The position numbers were made by a program, and so were the translations under genes. A model generated the notes under the pieces. That model did no database searches. It was not told where the DNA came from and worked only from the letters and a program-made list of their open reading frames with translations. Shown one piece after another: positions 1 to 15,000 of a stretch of 64,000 nucleotides of DNA; the first letter of the stretch is position 1; each line of letters starts with the position of its first letter. The stretch spans positions 60,204,001 through 60,268,000 of the forward strand of contig CM059438.1 of NCBI GenBank assembly GCA_030390025.1, given 5' to 3'. This DNA is from Squalus acanthias. Its lineage: Eukaryota.

Positions 1-3000
1 CAGTCAGGAAATCAGTTCAAGGTGATATTAGGTTCGGGGACAGTCAGGAAACCAGTTCAAAGTGATATCAGTTTAGGTTTACAGTCAAGAAATCTGTTCA
101 AGGTGATATCAGTGTATGGGTACATTCAGGAAATCAGTTCATGTTGATATCAGTTTAGGGTACAGTCAGTAAAGCAGGTCAAGGTGATATCAGAGTCCAC
201 GTACAGTCAGGAAATCAGGTCACGGTGATAACGTTGTAGGGGGACAGTCAGGAAATCTGTTCAAGGTGAGATCAGTGTAGGGGTACAGTCATGAAATACG
301 TTCAAGGTGATATCAGTGTAGGGTACAGTCAGGAAATCAGTTCAAGGTGATATAAGTGTTGGGGTACTGTCAGGAAATCAGGTCACGGTGATACCAGTTT
401 AGGGTACAGTCAGGAAATCAGTTAATGGTGATATCAGTGTAGGGTACAGTCAGGAAATCATTTCAAGATGATACCAGTGTAGGGTACAGTCAGTAAATTA
501 AGTCAAGGTGATATCAGTGTAGGTATTGTCTAGAAATCTGTTCAAGGTGATATCAGTGTAGGGGTACAGTCAGAAAATCAGTTCAAGGTGATATCAGTGT
601 AGGGGTACTGTCAGGAAATCAGTTCAGAGTGATATCAGTGTAGGGGTACAGTCAGAAAATCAGTTCAAGGTGATATCAGTGTAGGGGTACTGTCAGGAAA
701 TCAGTTCAGAGTGATATCACGGTCGGGATACTGTCAGTAAATCAGTTCAAGGTGATATCAGTGCAGGGTACAGTCTGAAATCAGTTCAAGGTGATATCAG
801 TGCAGGGTACAGTCAGGAAATCAGTTCAAGGTGATATCAGTGTAGGGGTACAGTCAGGAAATCAGTTCAAGGTGATATCAGTGCAGGGTACAGTCAGGAA
901 ATCAGTTCAAGGTGATGTCAGTGTAGGGTACAGTCAGGAAATCAGTTCAAGGTGATATCAGTGCAGGGTACAGTCTGAAATCAGTTCAAGGTGATATCAG
1001 TGCAGGGTACAGTCAGGAAATCAGTTCAAGGTGATGTCAGTGTAGGGTACAGTCAGGAAATCAGTTCATGGTGATATCAGTGTAGGGTACAGTCAGGAAA
1101 TCTGTTCAAGGTGATGTCAGTGTAGGGTACAGTCAGGAAATCAGTTCAAGGTGATCTCAGTGTAGGGGTACAGTCAGGAAATCAGTTCATGGTGATATCA
1201 GTTTCGGGTACAGTCAGGAAATCTGTTCAAGGTGATGTCAGTGTAGGGTACAGTCAGGAAATCAGTTCATGGTGATATCAGTTTAGGGTACAGTCAGGAA
1301 ATCTGTTCAAGGTGATATCAGTGTAGGGTACAGTCAGGAAACGAGTTCAAGGTGATATCAGTGTAGGGGTACTGTCAGGAAATCAGTTCAGAGTGATATC
1401 AGTGTAGGGGTACAGTCAGGAAATCAGTTCAAGGTGATATAATTGTCGGGGTACTGTCAGGAAATTAGGTCAGGTTGATATCAGTGTGGGGTACAGTCAG
1501 GAAATAAGTTCATCGTGATATCAGAGTAGGGGTACAGTCAGGAAATCAGTTCAAGGTGATGTCACTGTCGGGGTACAGACAGGAAATCAGTTCAAGGTGA
1601 TTTCAGTGTAGGGTACAGTCAGGAAATCCGGTCAAAGTGATATCAGTGTAGGGTACAGTAAGGAAATCAGGTCAAGGTGATATCAGTGTAGATATGGTCT
1701 AGAAATCTGTTCAAGGTGATATCAGTGTAGGGGTACAGTCAGGAAATCAATTCAAGGTGATATCAGTGTAGGGGTACAGTCAGGAAATCAGTTCAAGGTG
1801 ATATCAGTGTAGGGGTACAGTCAGGAAATCAGTTCAAGGTGATATCAGTGTCGGGTACAGTCAGGAAATCAGTTCAAGGTGATATCAGTGTATGTATACA
1901 GTCAGGAAATCTGTTCAAGGTGATATCAGTGTCGGGTACAGTCAGGAAATCAGTTCAGAGTGATATCAGGGTAGGGATACAGTCAGGAAATCAGTTGAAG
2001 GTTATATTAGTGTAGGGGTACAGTCAGGAATTGATTTCAATGTGATATCAGTTTAGGGTACAGTCAGGAAATCAGTTCAAGGTGATATTAGGTACGGGGG
2101 CATTCAGGAAATCAGTTCAAGGTGATGTCAGTGTATGGGTACATTCAGGAAATCAGATCATGGTGATAATAGTTTAGGGTACAGTCAGTAAATCAGGTCA
2201 CGGTGATATCAGTGTAGGGTACAGTCAGGAAATCAGTTCAGTGTGTATCAGGGTCGGGTTACTGTCAGGAAATCATTTCAAGGTTATATCAGTGTAGGGG
2301 TATAGTCAGGAATTAATTTCAAGGTGATATCAGTTTAGGGTACAGTCAGAAAATCAGTTCAAGGCGATATTAGGTTAGGGGACAGTCAGGAAATCAGTTC
2401 AAGGTGATGTCAGATAACGGTATAGTTCGGAAACCAGTTCCAAGTGATATAAGTTTAGGTTTACAGTCAGGAAATCTGTTCAAGCTGATATCAGTGTCGG
2501 GATACAGTCAGGAAATCAGTTCAAGGTGATATCCGTTTAGGGTATAGTCAGTAAATCAGGTCCAGGTGATATCAGTGTCGGGGTACAGTCAGGAAGTCAG
2601 GTCACGGTGATAACGTTGCAGGGGTACAGTCAGGAAATCTGTTCAAGGTGATAACAGTGTAGGGGTACAGTGAGGAAATCAGTTGAAAGTGATATCAGTG
2701 TAAGGGTACAGTCAAGAAATCAGTTCAAGGTGATGCCAGTGTAGGGTACAGTCAGGAAATCAGTTCAAGGTAAAATCAGTGTAGGGGTACAGTCAGGAAA
2801 TCAGTTCAAGGTGAAATCAGTGTAGGGTACAGTCAGGAAATCAGTTCAGAGTGATATCTGTTTAGAGTACAGTCAGGAAATCAGGTAAGGTGATATCAGT
2901 GTGGGGATACAGTCTGGAAATCTGTTCAAGGTGATATCAATGTAGGGGTACAGACAGGAAATACGTTCAAGGTGATATCAGTGTAGGGGTACAGTCAGGA

Positions 3001-6000
3001 AATCACTTCATGGTGATATCAGTGTCGGGAAGATTCAGGAAATCACTTCAAGGTGATCTGAGTCTATGTATACAGTCAGGAAATCTGTTCATGGTGATAT
3101 CAGTGTCGGGTACAGTCAGGAAATCAGTTCAGAGTGATATCAGGGTAGGGTACAGTCAGGAAATCAGTTAAAGGCTATATTAGTGTAGGGGTACAGTCAG
3201 GAATTGATTTCAATGTGATATCAGTTTAGGGTACAGTCAGGAAATCAGTTCAAGGTGATATTAGGTTCGGGGACAGTCAGGAAATCAGTTCAAGGGGATA
3301 TCAGTGTAGGGGTACAGTCAGGAAATCAGTTCAGAGTGATATCAGGGTCGGGATACTGTCAGTAAATCAGTTCAAGGTGATATCAGTGCAGGGTACAGTC
3401 AGGAAATCAGTTCAAGGTGATATCAGTGTAGGGGTACAGTCAGGAAATCAGTTCAAGGTGATATCAGTGCAGGGGACAGTCAGGAAATCAGTTCAAGGTG
3501 ATATCAGTGTAGGGGTACAGTCAGAAAATCAATTCAAGGTGATATCAGTGTAGGGGTACAGTCAGGAAATCAGTTCAGAGTGATATGAGGGTAGGGATAC
3601 TGTCAGGAAATCAGTTCAAGGTGATATCAGTGTAGGGGTACTGTCAGGAAATCAGTTTAAGGTGATATCAGTGCAGGGTACAGTCAGGAAATCAGTTCAA
3701 GGTGATATCAGTGTAGGGGTACTGTCAGGAAATCAGTTCAAGGTGATATCAGTGCAGGGTACAGTCAGGAAATCAGTTCAAGGTGATATCAGTGTAGGAG
3801 TACAGTCAGGAAACCAATTCAAGGTGATATCAGTGTAGGGGTACAGTCAGGAAATCAGTTCAGAGTGATATCAGGGTAGGGATACTGTCAGGAAATCAGT
3901 TCAAGGTGATATCAGTGTAGGGGTACAGTCAGGAAATCAGTTCAAGGTGATATCAGTGTAGGGTACAGTCAGGAAATCTGTTCAAGGTGATATCAGTGTA
4001 GGGTACAGTCAGGAAACCAGTTCAAAGTGAATTCAGTGTAGGGTACAGTCAGGAAATCTGTTCAAGGTGATATCAGTGTAGGGTACAGTCAGGAAACCAG
4101 TTCAAAGTGAATTCAGTGTAGGGGTACTGTCAGGAAATCAGTTCAGAGTGGTATCAGGGTCGGGATACTGTCAGGAAATCAGTTCAAGGTTATATCAGTG
4201 TAGGGGTATGGTCAGGAATTTATTTCAAGGTGATATCAGTTTAGGGTACAGTCAGAAAATCAATTCAAGGTGATGTCAGATAAGGGTACAGTCAGGAAAC
4301 CAGTTCCAAGTGATATAAGTTTAGGTTTACAGTCAGGAAATCAGTTCAAGGTGATATCAGTGTATGGGTACATTCAGGAAATCAGTTCACGGTGATATCA
4401 GTTTAGGATACAGTCAGTAAATCAGGTCCAGGTGATATCAGTGTCGGGGTACAGTCAGGAAATCAGTTCAAGGTGATATCAGTTTTGGGGTACAGTCAGG
4501 AAATAAGTTCAAGGTGATATCAGTGTCGGGAAGATTCAGGAAATCACTTCAAGGTGATCTGAGTCTATGTATACAGTCAGGAAATCTGTTCATGGTGATA
4601 TCAGTGTCGGGTACAGTCAGGAAATCAGTTCAGAGTGATATCAGGGTAGGGATACAGTCAGGAAATCAGTTGAAGGTTATATTAGTGTAGGGGTACAGTC
4701 AGGAATTGATTTCAATGTGATATCAGTTTAGGGTACAGTCAGGAAATCAGTTCAAGGTGATATTAGGTACGGGGGCATTCAGGAAATCAGTTCAAGGTGA
4801 TGTCAGTGTATGGGTACATTCAGGAAATCAGATCATGGTGATATTAGTTTAGGGTACAGTCAGTAAATCAGGTCACGGTGATATCAGTGTAGGGTACAGT
4901 CAGGAAATCAGTTCAGTGTGGTATCAGGGTCGGGTTACTGTCAGGAAATCATTTCAAGGTTATATCAGTGTAGGGGTACAGTCAGGAATTAATTTCAAGG
5001 TGATATCAGTTTAGGGTACAGTCAGAAAATCAGTTCAAGGCGATATTAGGTTAGGGGACAGTCAGGAAATCAGTTCAAGGTGATGTCAGATAACGGTATA
5101 GTTCGGAAACCAGTTCCAAGTGATATAAGTTTAGGTTTACAGTCAGGAAATCTGTTCAAGCTGATATCAGTGTCGGGATACAGTCAGGAAATCAGTTCAA
5201 GGTGATATCCGTTTAGGGTATAGTCAGTAAATCAGGTCCAGGTGATATCAGTGTCGGGGTACAGTCAGGAAGTCAGGTCACGGTGATAACGTTGTAGGGG
5301 TACAGTCAGGAAATCTGTTCAAGGTGATAACAGTGTAGGGGTACAGTGAGGAAATCAGTTGAAAGTGATATCAGTGTAAGGGTACAGTCAAGAAATCAGT
5401 TCAAGGTGATGCCAGTGTAGGGTACAGTCAGGAAATCAGTTCAAGGTAAAATCAGTGTAGGGGTACAGTCAGGAAATCAGTTCAAGGTGAAATCAGTGTA
5501 GGGTACAGTCAGGAAATCAGTTCAGAGTGATATCAGGGTAGGGATACCGTCAGGAAATCAGTTCAAGGTTATTTCAGTGTAGGGGTAGAGTCAGGAATTT
5601 ATTTCAAGGTGATATTAATTTGGGGTACAGTCAAGAAGTTAGTTCAGGGTGATATCAGTTTAGGGCACAGTCAGGAAATCTGTTGAATGTGATATCAGTT
5701 TAGGGTACAGTCAGGAAATCAGTTCAAGGTGATATTAGGTTCGGGGACAGTCAGGAAACCAGTTCAAAGTGATATCAGTTTAGGTTTACAGTCAAGAAAT
5801 CTGTTCAAGGTGATATCAGTGTATGGGTACATTCAGGAAATCAGTTCATGTTGATATCAGTTTAGGGTACAGTCAGTAAAGCAGGTCAAGGTGATATCAG
5901 AGTCCACGTACAGTCAGGAAATCAGGTCACGGTGATAACGTTGTAGGGGGACAGTCAGGAAATCTGTTCAAGGTGAGATCAGTGTAGGGGTACAGTCATG

Positions 6001-9000
6001 AAATACGTTCAAGGTGATATCAGTGTAGGGTACAGTCAGGAAATCAGTTCAAGGTGATATAAGTGTTGGGGTACTGTCAGGAAATCAGGTCACGGTGATA
6101 CCAGTTTAGGGTACAGTCAGGAAATCAGTTAATGGTGATATCAGTGTAGGGTACAGTCAGGAAATCATTTCAAGATGATACCAGTGTCGGGGTACAGTCA
6201 GGAAATTAAGTCAAGGTGATATCAGTGTAGGTATTGTCTAGAAATCTGTTCAAGGTGATATCAGTGTAGGGGTACAGTCAGAAAATCAGTTCAAGGTGAT
6301 ATCAGTGTAGGGGTACTGTCAGGAAATCAGTTCAGAGTGATATCAGTGTAGGGGTACAGTCAGAAAATCAGTTCAAGGTGATATCAGTGTAGGGGTACTG
6401 TCAGGAAATCAGTTCAGAGTGATATCACGGTCGGGATACTGTCAGTAAATCAGTTCAAGGTGATATCAGTGCAGGGTACAGTCTGAAATCAGTTCAAGGT
6501 GATATCAGTGCAGGGTACAGTCAGGAAATCAGTTCAAGGTGATATCAGTGTAGGGGTACAGTCAGGAAATCAGTTCATGGTGATATCAGTTTCGGGTACA
6601 GTCAGGAAATCTGTTCAAGGTGATGTCAGTGTAGGGTACAGTCAGGAAATCAGTTCATGGTGATATCAGTTTAGGGTACAGTCAGGAAATCTGTTCAAGG
6701 TGATATCAGTGTAGGGTACAGTCAGGAAACGAGTTCAAGGTGATATCAGTGTAGGGGTACTGTCAGGAAATCAGTTCAGAGTGATATCACGGTCAGGATA
6801 CTGTCAGTAAATCAGTTCAAGGTGATATCAGTGCAGGGTACAGTCTGAAATCAGTTCAAGGTGATATCAGTGCAGGGTACAGTCAGGAAATCAGTTCAAG
6901 GTGATGTCAGTGTAGGGTACAGTCAGGAAATCAGTTCATGGTGATATCAGTGTAGGGTACAGTCAGGAAATCTGTTCAAGGTGATGTCAGTGTAGGGTAC
7001 AGTCAGGAAATCAGTTCAAGGTGATCTCAGTGTAGGGGTACAGTCAGGAAATCAGTTCATGGTGATATCAGTTTCGGGTACAGTCAGGAAATCTGTTCAA
7101 GGTGATGTCAGTGTAGGGTACAGTCAGGAAATCAGTTCATGGTGATATCAGTTTAGGGTACAGTCAGGAAATCTGTTCAAGGTGATATCAGTGTAGGGTA
7201 CAGTCAGGAAACGAGTTCAAGGTGATATCAGTGTAGGGGTACTGTCAGGAAATCAGTTCAGAGTGATATCAGTGTAGGGGTACAGTCAGGAAATCAGTTC
7301 AAGGTGATATAATTGTCGGGGTACTGTCAGGAAATTAGGTCAGGTTGATATCAGTGTGGGGTACAGTCAGGAAATAAGTTCATCGTGATATCAGAGTAGG
7401 GGTACAGTCAGGAAATCAGTTCAAGGTGATGTCACTGTCGGGGTACAGACAGGAAATCAGTTCAAGGTGATATCAGTGTAGGGTACAGTAAGGAAATCCG
7501 GTCAAAGTGATATCAGTGTAGGGTACAGTAAGGAAATCAGGTCAAGGTGATATCAGTGTAGATATGGTCTAGAAATCTGTTCAAGGTGATATCAGTGTAG
7601 GGGTACAGACAGGAAATCAATTCAAGGTGATATCAGTGTAGGGGTACAGTCAGGAAATCAGTTCAAGGTGATATCAGTGTCGGGGTACAGTCAGGAAATC
7701 AGTTCAAGGTGATATCAGTGTAGGGGTACAGTAAGGAAATCAGGTCAAGGTGATATCAGTGTAGATATGGTCTAGAAATCTGTTCAAGGTGATATCAGTG
7801 TAGGGGTACAGTCAGGAAATCAGTTCAAGGTGATATCAGTGTAGGGGTACTGTCAGGAAATCAGTTCAGAGTGATTTCACGGTCGGGATACTGTCAGTAA
7901 ATCAGTTCAAGGTGATATCAGTGCAGGGTACAGTCTGAAATCAGTTCAAGGTGATATCAGTGCAGGGTACAGTCAGGAAATCAGTTCAAGGTGATGTCAG
8001 TGTAGGGTACAGTCAGGAAATCAGTTCATGGTGATATCAGTTTCGGGTACAGTCACGAAATCTGTTCTAGGTGATGTCAGTGTAGGGTACAGTCAGGAAA
8101 TCAGTTCATGGTGATATCAGTTTAGGGTACAGTCAGGAAATCTGTTCAAGATGATGTCAGTGTAGGGTACAGTCAGGAAATCAGTTCATGGTGATATCAG
8201 TTTAGGGTACTGTCAGGAAATCAGTTCAGAGTGATATCAGTGTAGGGGTACAGTCAGGAAATCAGTTCAAGGTGATATAATTGTCGGGGTACTGTCAGGA
8301 AATTAGGTCAGGTTGATATCAGTGTGGGGTACAGTCAGGAAATAAGTTCATCGTGATATCAGAGTAGGGGTACAGTCAGGAAATCAGTTCAAGGTGATGT
8401 CACTGTCGGGGTACAGACAGGAAATCAGTTCAAGGTGATTTCAGTGTAGGGTACAGTCAGGAAATCCGGTCAAAGTGATATCAGTGTAGATATGGTCTAG
8501 AAATCTGTTCAAGGTGATATCAGTGTAGGGGTACGGTCAGGAAATCAATTCAAGGTGATTTCAGTGTAGGGGTACAGTCAGGAAATCAGTTCAAGGTGAT
8601 ATCACTGTCGGGGTACAGTCAGGAAATCAGTTCAAGGTGATATCAGTGTCGGTGTACAGTCAGGAAATCAGTTCAAGGTGATATCAGTGTAGGGGTACAG
8701 TCAGGAAATCAGTTCAAGGTGATATCAGTGCAGGGGTACAGTCAGGAAATCAGTTCAAGGTGATATCAGTGTAGGGGTACAGTCAGGAAACCAGTTCAAT
8801 GTGATTTCATTGTAGGGGTACTGTCAGGAAATCAGTTCAGAGTGATATCACGGTCGGGATACTGTCAGGAAATCAGTTCAAGGTGATATCAGGTTAGGGT
8901 ATATTCAGGAAATCAGTTCATGGTGATATCAGTGTAGGGGTACAGTCAGGAAATCAGTTCAAGGTGATATCAGTTTTGGGGTACAGTCAGTAAATCAGTT

Positions 9001-12000
9001 GAAGGTAATATCAGTGTAGGTATTGTCTAGAAATCTGTTCAAGCTGATATCAGTTTTGGGGTACAGTCAGGAAATCAGTCAATGTGATATCAGTGTAGGG
9101 TACAGTCAGGAAATAAGTTCAAGGTGATATCAGAGTAGGGGTACAGTCAGGAAATCAGTTCATGGTGATGTCGCTGTCGGGGTACAGACAGGAAATCAGT
9201 TCAAGGTAATATCAGTGCAGAGTACAGTAAGGTAATCCGGTCAAGGTGATATCAGTGTAGGGTACAGTAAGGTAATCCGGTCAAGGTGATATCTGTGTAG
9301 ATATTGTCTTGAAATCTGTTCAAGGTGATATCAGTGTAGGGGTACAGTCAGGAAATCAATTCAAGGTGATATCAGTGTAGGGGTACAGTCAGGAAATCAG
9401 TTCAAGGTGATGTCAGTGTCGAGGTACTGTCAGGAAATCAGCTCAGAGTGATATAATGGTCGGGATACTGTCAGGAAATCAGTTCAAGGTGATATTTGGT
9501 TAGGGGACAGTCAGAAAATCAGTTCAAGGTGATATCAGTGCAGGGTACAGTCAGGAAATCAGTTCAAGGTGATGTCAGTGTAGGGTACAGTCAGGAAATC
9601 AATTCAAGGTGATATCAGTGCAGGGTACAGTCTGAAATCAGTTCAAGGTGATATCAGTGCAGGGTACAGTCAGGAAATCAGTTCAAGGTGATGTCAGTGT
9701 AGGGTACAGTCAGGAAATCAGTTCATGGTGATATCAGTGTAGGGTACAGTCAGGAAATCTGTTCAAGGTGATGTCAGTGTAGGGTACAGTCAGGAAATCA
9801 GTTCAAGGTGATCTCAGTGTAGGGGTACAGTCAGGAAATCAGTTCATGGTGATATCAGTTTCGGGTACAGTCAGGAAATCTGTTCAAGGTGATGTCAGTG
9901 TAGGGTACAGTCAGGAAATCAGTTCATGGTGATATCAGTTTAGGGTACAGTCAGGAAATCTGTTCAAGGTGATATCAGTGTAGGGTACAGTCAGGAAACG
10001 AGTTCAAGGTGATATCAGTGTAGGGGTACTGTCAGGAAATCAGTTCAGAGTGATATCAGTGTAGGGGTACAGTCAGGAAATCAGTTCAAGGTGATATAAT
10101 TGTCGGGGTACTGTCAGGAAATTAGGTCAGGTTGATATCAGTGTGGGGTACAGTCAGGAAATAAGTTCATCGTGATATCAGAGTAGGGGTACAGTCAGGA
10201 AATCAGTTCAAGGTGATGTCACTGTCGGGGTACAGACAGGAAATCAGTTCAAGGTGATATCAGTGTAGGGTACAGTAAGGAAATCCGGTCAAAGTGATAT
10301 CAGTGTAGGGTACAGTAAGGAAATCAGGTCAAGGTGATATCAGTGTAGATATGGTCTAGAAATCTGTTCAAGGTGATATCAGTGTAGGGGTACAGACAGG
10401 AAATCAATTCAAGGTGATATCAGTGTAGGGGTACAGTCAGGAAATCAGTTCAAGGTGATATCAGTGTCGGGGTACAGTCAGGAAATCAGTTCAAGGTGAT
10501 ATCAGTGTAGGGGTACAGTAAGGAAATCAGGTCAAGGTGATATCAGTGTAGATATGGTCTAGAAATCTGTTCAAGGTGATATCAGTGTAGGGGTACAGTC
10601 AGGAAATCAGTTCAAGGTGATATCAGTGTAGGGGTACTGTCAGGAAATCAGTTCAGAGTGATTTCACGGTCGGGATACTGTCAGTAAATCAGTTCAAGGT
10701 GATATCAGTGCAGGGTACAGTCTGAAATCAGTTCAAGGTGATATCAGTGCAGGGTACAGTCAGGAAATCAGTTCAAGGTGATGTCAGTGTAGGGTACAGT
10801 CAGGAAATCAGTTCATGGTGATATCAGTTTCGGGTACAGTCACGAAATCTGTTCTAGGTGATGTCAGTGTAGGGTACAGTCAGGAAATCAGTTCATGGTG
10901 ATATCAGTTTAGGGTACAGTCAGGAAATCTGTTCAAGATGATGTCAGTGTAGGGTACAGTCAGGAAATCAGTTCATGGTGATATCAGTTTAGGGTACTGT
11001 CAGGAAATCAGTTCAGAGTGATATCAGTGTAGGGGTACAGTCAGGAAATCAGTTCAAGGTGATATAATTGTCGGGGTACTGTCAGGAAATTAGGTCAGGT
11101 TGATATCAGTGTGGGGTACAGTCAGGAAATAAGTTCATCGTGATATCAGAGTAGGGGTACAGTCAGGAAATCAGTTCAAGGTGATGTCACTGTCGGGGTA
11201 CAGACAGGAAATCAGTTCAAGGTGATTTCAGTGTAGGGTACAGTCAGGAAATCCGGTCAAAGTGATATCAGTGTAGGGTACAGTAAGGAAATCAGGTCAA
11301 GGTGATATCAGTGTAGATATGGTCTAGAAATCTGTTCAAGGTGATATCAGTGTAGGGGTACAGTCAGGAAATCAATTCAAGGTGATATCAGTGTAGGGGT
11401 ACAGTCAGGAAATCAGTTCAAGGTGATATCACTGTCGGGGTACAGTCAGGAAATCAGTTCAAGGTGATATCAGTGTCGGTGTACAGTCAGGAAATCAGTT
11501 CAAGGTGATATCAGTGTAGGGGTACAGTCAGGAAATCAGTTCAAGGTGATATCAGTGCAGGGGTACAGTCAGGAAATCAGTTCAAGGTGATATCAGTGTA
11601 GGGGTACAGTCAGGAAACCAGTTCAATGTGATTTCATTGTAGGGGTACTGTCAGGAAATCAGTTCAGAGTGATATCACGGTCGGGATACTGTCAGGAAAT
11701 CAGTTCAAGGTGATATCAGGTTAGGGTATATTCAGGAAATCAGTTCATGGTGATATCAGTGTAGGGGTACAGTCAGGAAATCAGTTCAAGGTGACATCAG
11801 TTTTGGGGTACAGTCAGTAAATCAGTTGAAGGTAATATCAGTGTAGGTATTGTCTAGAAATCTGTTCAAGCTGATATCAGTTTTGGGGTACAGTCAGGAA
11901 ATCAGTCAATGTGATATCAGTGTAGGGTACAGTCAGGAAATAAGTTCAAGGTGATATCAGAGTAGGGGTACAGTCAGGAAATCAGTTCAAGGTGATATCA

Positions 12001-15000
12001 GTGTAGGGGTACAGTCAGGAAATCAGTTCAAGGTGATATCAGTGTAGGGTACAGTCAGGAAATCAGTTCAAGGTGATATCAGTGTAGGTACAGAGGAAAT
12101 CAGTTCAAGGTGATGTCAGTGTAGGGTACAGTCAGGAAATCAGTTCATGGTGATATCAGTGTAGGGTACAGTCAGGAAATCTGTTCAAGGTGATGTCAGT
12201 GTAGGGTACAGTCAGGAAATCAGTTCAAGGTGATCTCAGTGTAGGGGTACAGTCAGGAAATCAGTTCATGGTGATATCAGTTTCGGGTACAGTCAGGAAA
12301 TCTGTTCAAGGTGATGTCAGTGTAGGGTACAGTCAGGAAATCAGTTCATGGTGATATCAGTTTAGGGTACAGTCAGGAAATCTGTTCAAGGTGATATCAG
12401 TGTAGGGTACAGTCAGGAAACGAGTTCAAGGTGATATCAGTGTAGGGGTACTGTCAGGAAATCAGTTCAGAGTGATATCAGTGTAGGGGTACAGTCAGGA
12501 AATCAGTTCAAGGTGATATAATTGTCGGGGTACTGTCAGGAAATTAGGTCAGGTTGATATCAGTGTGGGGTACAGTCAGGAAATAAGTTCATCGTGATAT
12601 CAGAGTAGGGGTACAGTCAGGAAATCAGTTCAAGGTGATGTCACTGTCGGGGTACAGACAGGAAATCAGTTCAAGGTGATATCAGTGTAGGGTACAGTAA
12701 GGAAATCCGGTCAAAGTGATATCAGTGTAGGGTACAGTAAGGAAATCAGGTCAAGGTGATATCAGTGTAGATATGGTCTAGAAATCTGTTCAAGGTGATA
12801 TCAGTGTAGGGGTACAGACAGGAAATCAATTCAAGGTGATATCAGTGTAGGGGTACAGTCAGGAAATCAGTTCAAGGTGATATCAGTGTCGGGGTACAGT
12901 CAGGAAATCAGTTCAAGGTGATATCAGTGTAGGGGTACAGTAAGGAAATCAGGTCAAGGTGATATCAGTGTAGATATGGTCTAGAAATCTGTTCAAGGTG
13001 ATATCAGTGTAGGGGTACAGTAAGGAAATCAGGTCAAGGTGATATCAGTGTAGATGTTGTCTAGAAAAATGTTCAAGGTGATATCAGTGTAGGGGTACAG
13101 TCAGGAAATCAGTTCAAGGTGATATCAGTGTAGGGTACAGTCTGAAATCAGTTCAAGGTGATTTCAGTGTAGGGGTACAGTCAGGAAATCAGTTCAAGGT
13201 GATGTCAGTGTAGGGTACAGTCAGGAAATCAGTTCAAGGTGATATCAGTTTCGGGTACAGTCAGGAAATCTGTTCAAGGTGATGTCAGTGTAGGGTACAG
13301 TCAGGAAATCAGTTCATGGTGATATCAGTTTAGGGTACAGTCAGGAAATCTGTTCAAGATGATGTCAGTGTAGGGTACAGTCAGGAAATCAGTTCATGGT
13401 GATATCAGTTTAGGGTACAGTCAGGAAATCTGTTCAAGGTGATGTCAGTGTAGGGGTACTGTCAGGAAATCAGTTCAGAGTGATATCAGTGTAGGGGTAC
13501 AGTCAGGAAATCAGTTCAAGGTGATATAATTGTCGGGGTACTGTCAGGAAATTAGTTCAAGGTGATATCAGTGTGGGGTACAGTCAGGAAATCAGTTCAT
13601 GGTGATATCAGTGTAGGGGTACAGTCAGGAAATCAGTTCAAGGTGATATCAGTGTCGGGTACAGTCAGGAAATCAGTTCAAGGTGATATCAGTGTAGGGT
13701 ACAGTCAGGAAATCAGTTCAAGGTGATATCAGTGTAGGGTACAGTCAGGAAATCAGTTCAAGGTGATATCAGTGTAGATATGTCAGAAATCTGTTCAAGG
13801 TGATATCAGTGTAGGGGTACAGTCAGGAAATCAGTTCAAGGTGATATCAGTGTAGGGGTACAGTCAGGAAATCAGTTCAAGGTGATATCAGTGTCGGGGT
13901 ACAGTCAGGAAATCAGTTCAAGGTGATATCAGTGTAGGGGTACAGTCAGGAAATCAGTTCAAGGTGATATCAGTGTAGGGGTACAGTCAGGAAATCAGTT
14001 CAAGGTGATATCAGTGTAGGGGTACAGTCAGGAAATCAGTTCAAGGTGATATCAGTGTAGGGGTACAGTCAGGAAACCAGTTCAATGTGATTTCATTGTA
14101 GGGGTACTGTCAGGAAATCAGTTCAGAGTGATATCACGGTCGGGATACTGTCAGGAAATCAGTTCAAGGTGATATCAGGTTAGGGTATATTCAGGAAATC
14201 AGTTCATGGTGATATCAGTGTAGGGGTACAGTCAGGAAATCAGTTCAAGGTGACATCAGTTTTGGGGTACAGTCAGGAAATCAGTTGAAGGTGATATCAG
14301 TGTAGGTATTGTCTAGAAATCTGTTCAAGCTGATATCAGTTTTGGGGTACAGTCAGGAAATCAGTCAATGTGATATCAGTGTAGGGTACAGTCAGGAAAT
14401 AAGTTCAAGGTGATATCAGAGTAGGGGTACAGTCAGGAAATCAGTTCATGATGATATCAGTGTAGGGTACAGTCAGGAAATCAGTTCAAGGTGATGTCAG
14501 TGTAGTGTTCAGTCAGGAAATCAGTTCAAGGTGATTTCAGTGTAGGGGTACAGTCAGGAAATCAGTTCAAGGTGATATCAGTTTAGGGTACAGTCAGGAA
14601 ATCTGTTCAAGGTGATATCAGTGTAGGGTACAGTCAGGAAATCAGTTCAAGGTGATATCAGTGTAGGGTACAGTCAGTAAATCTGTTCAAGGTGATATCA
14701 GTGTAGGGTACAGTCAGGAAATCAGTTCAAGGTGATATCAGTGTAGGGGTACTGTCAGGAAATCAGTTCAGAGTGATATCAGTGTAGGGGTACAGTCAGG
14801 AAATCAGTTCAAGGTGATATAATTGTCGGGGTACAGACAGGAAATTAGTTCAAGGTGATATCAGTGTGGGGTACAGTCAGGAAATCAGTTCAAGGTGATA
14901 TCAGTGTAGGGGTACAGTCAGGAAATCAGTTCAAGGTGATATCAGTGTGGGGTACAGTCAGGAAATCAGTTCAAGGTGATATCAGTGTAGGGGTACAGTC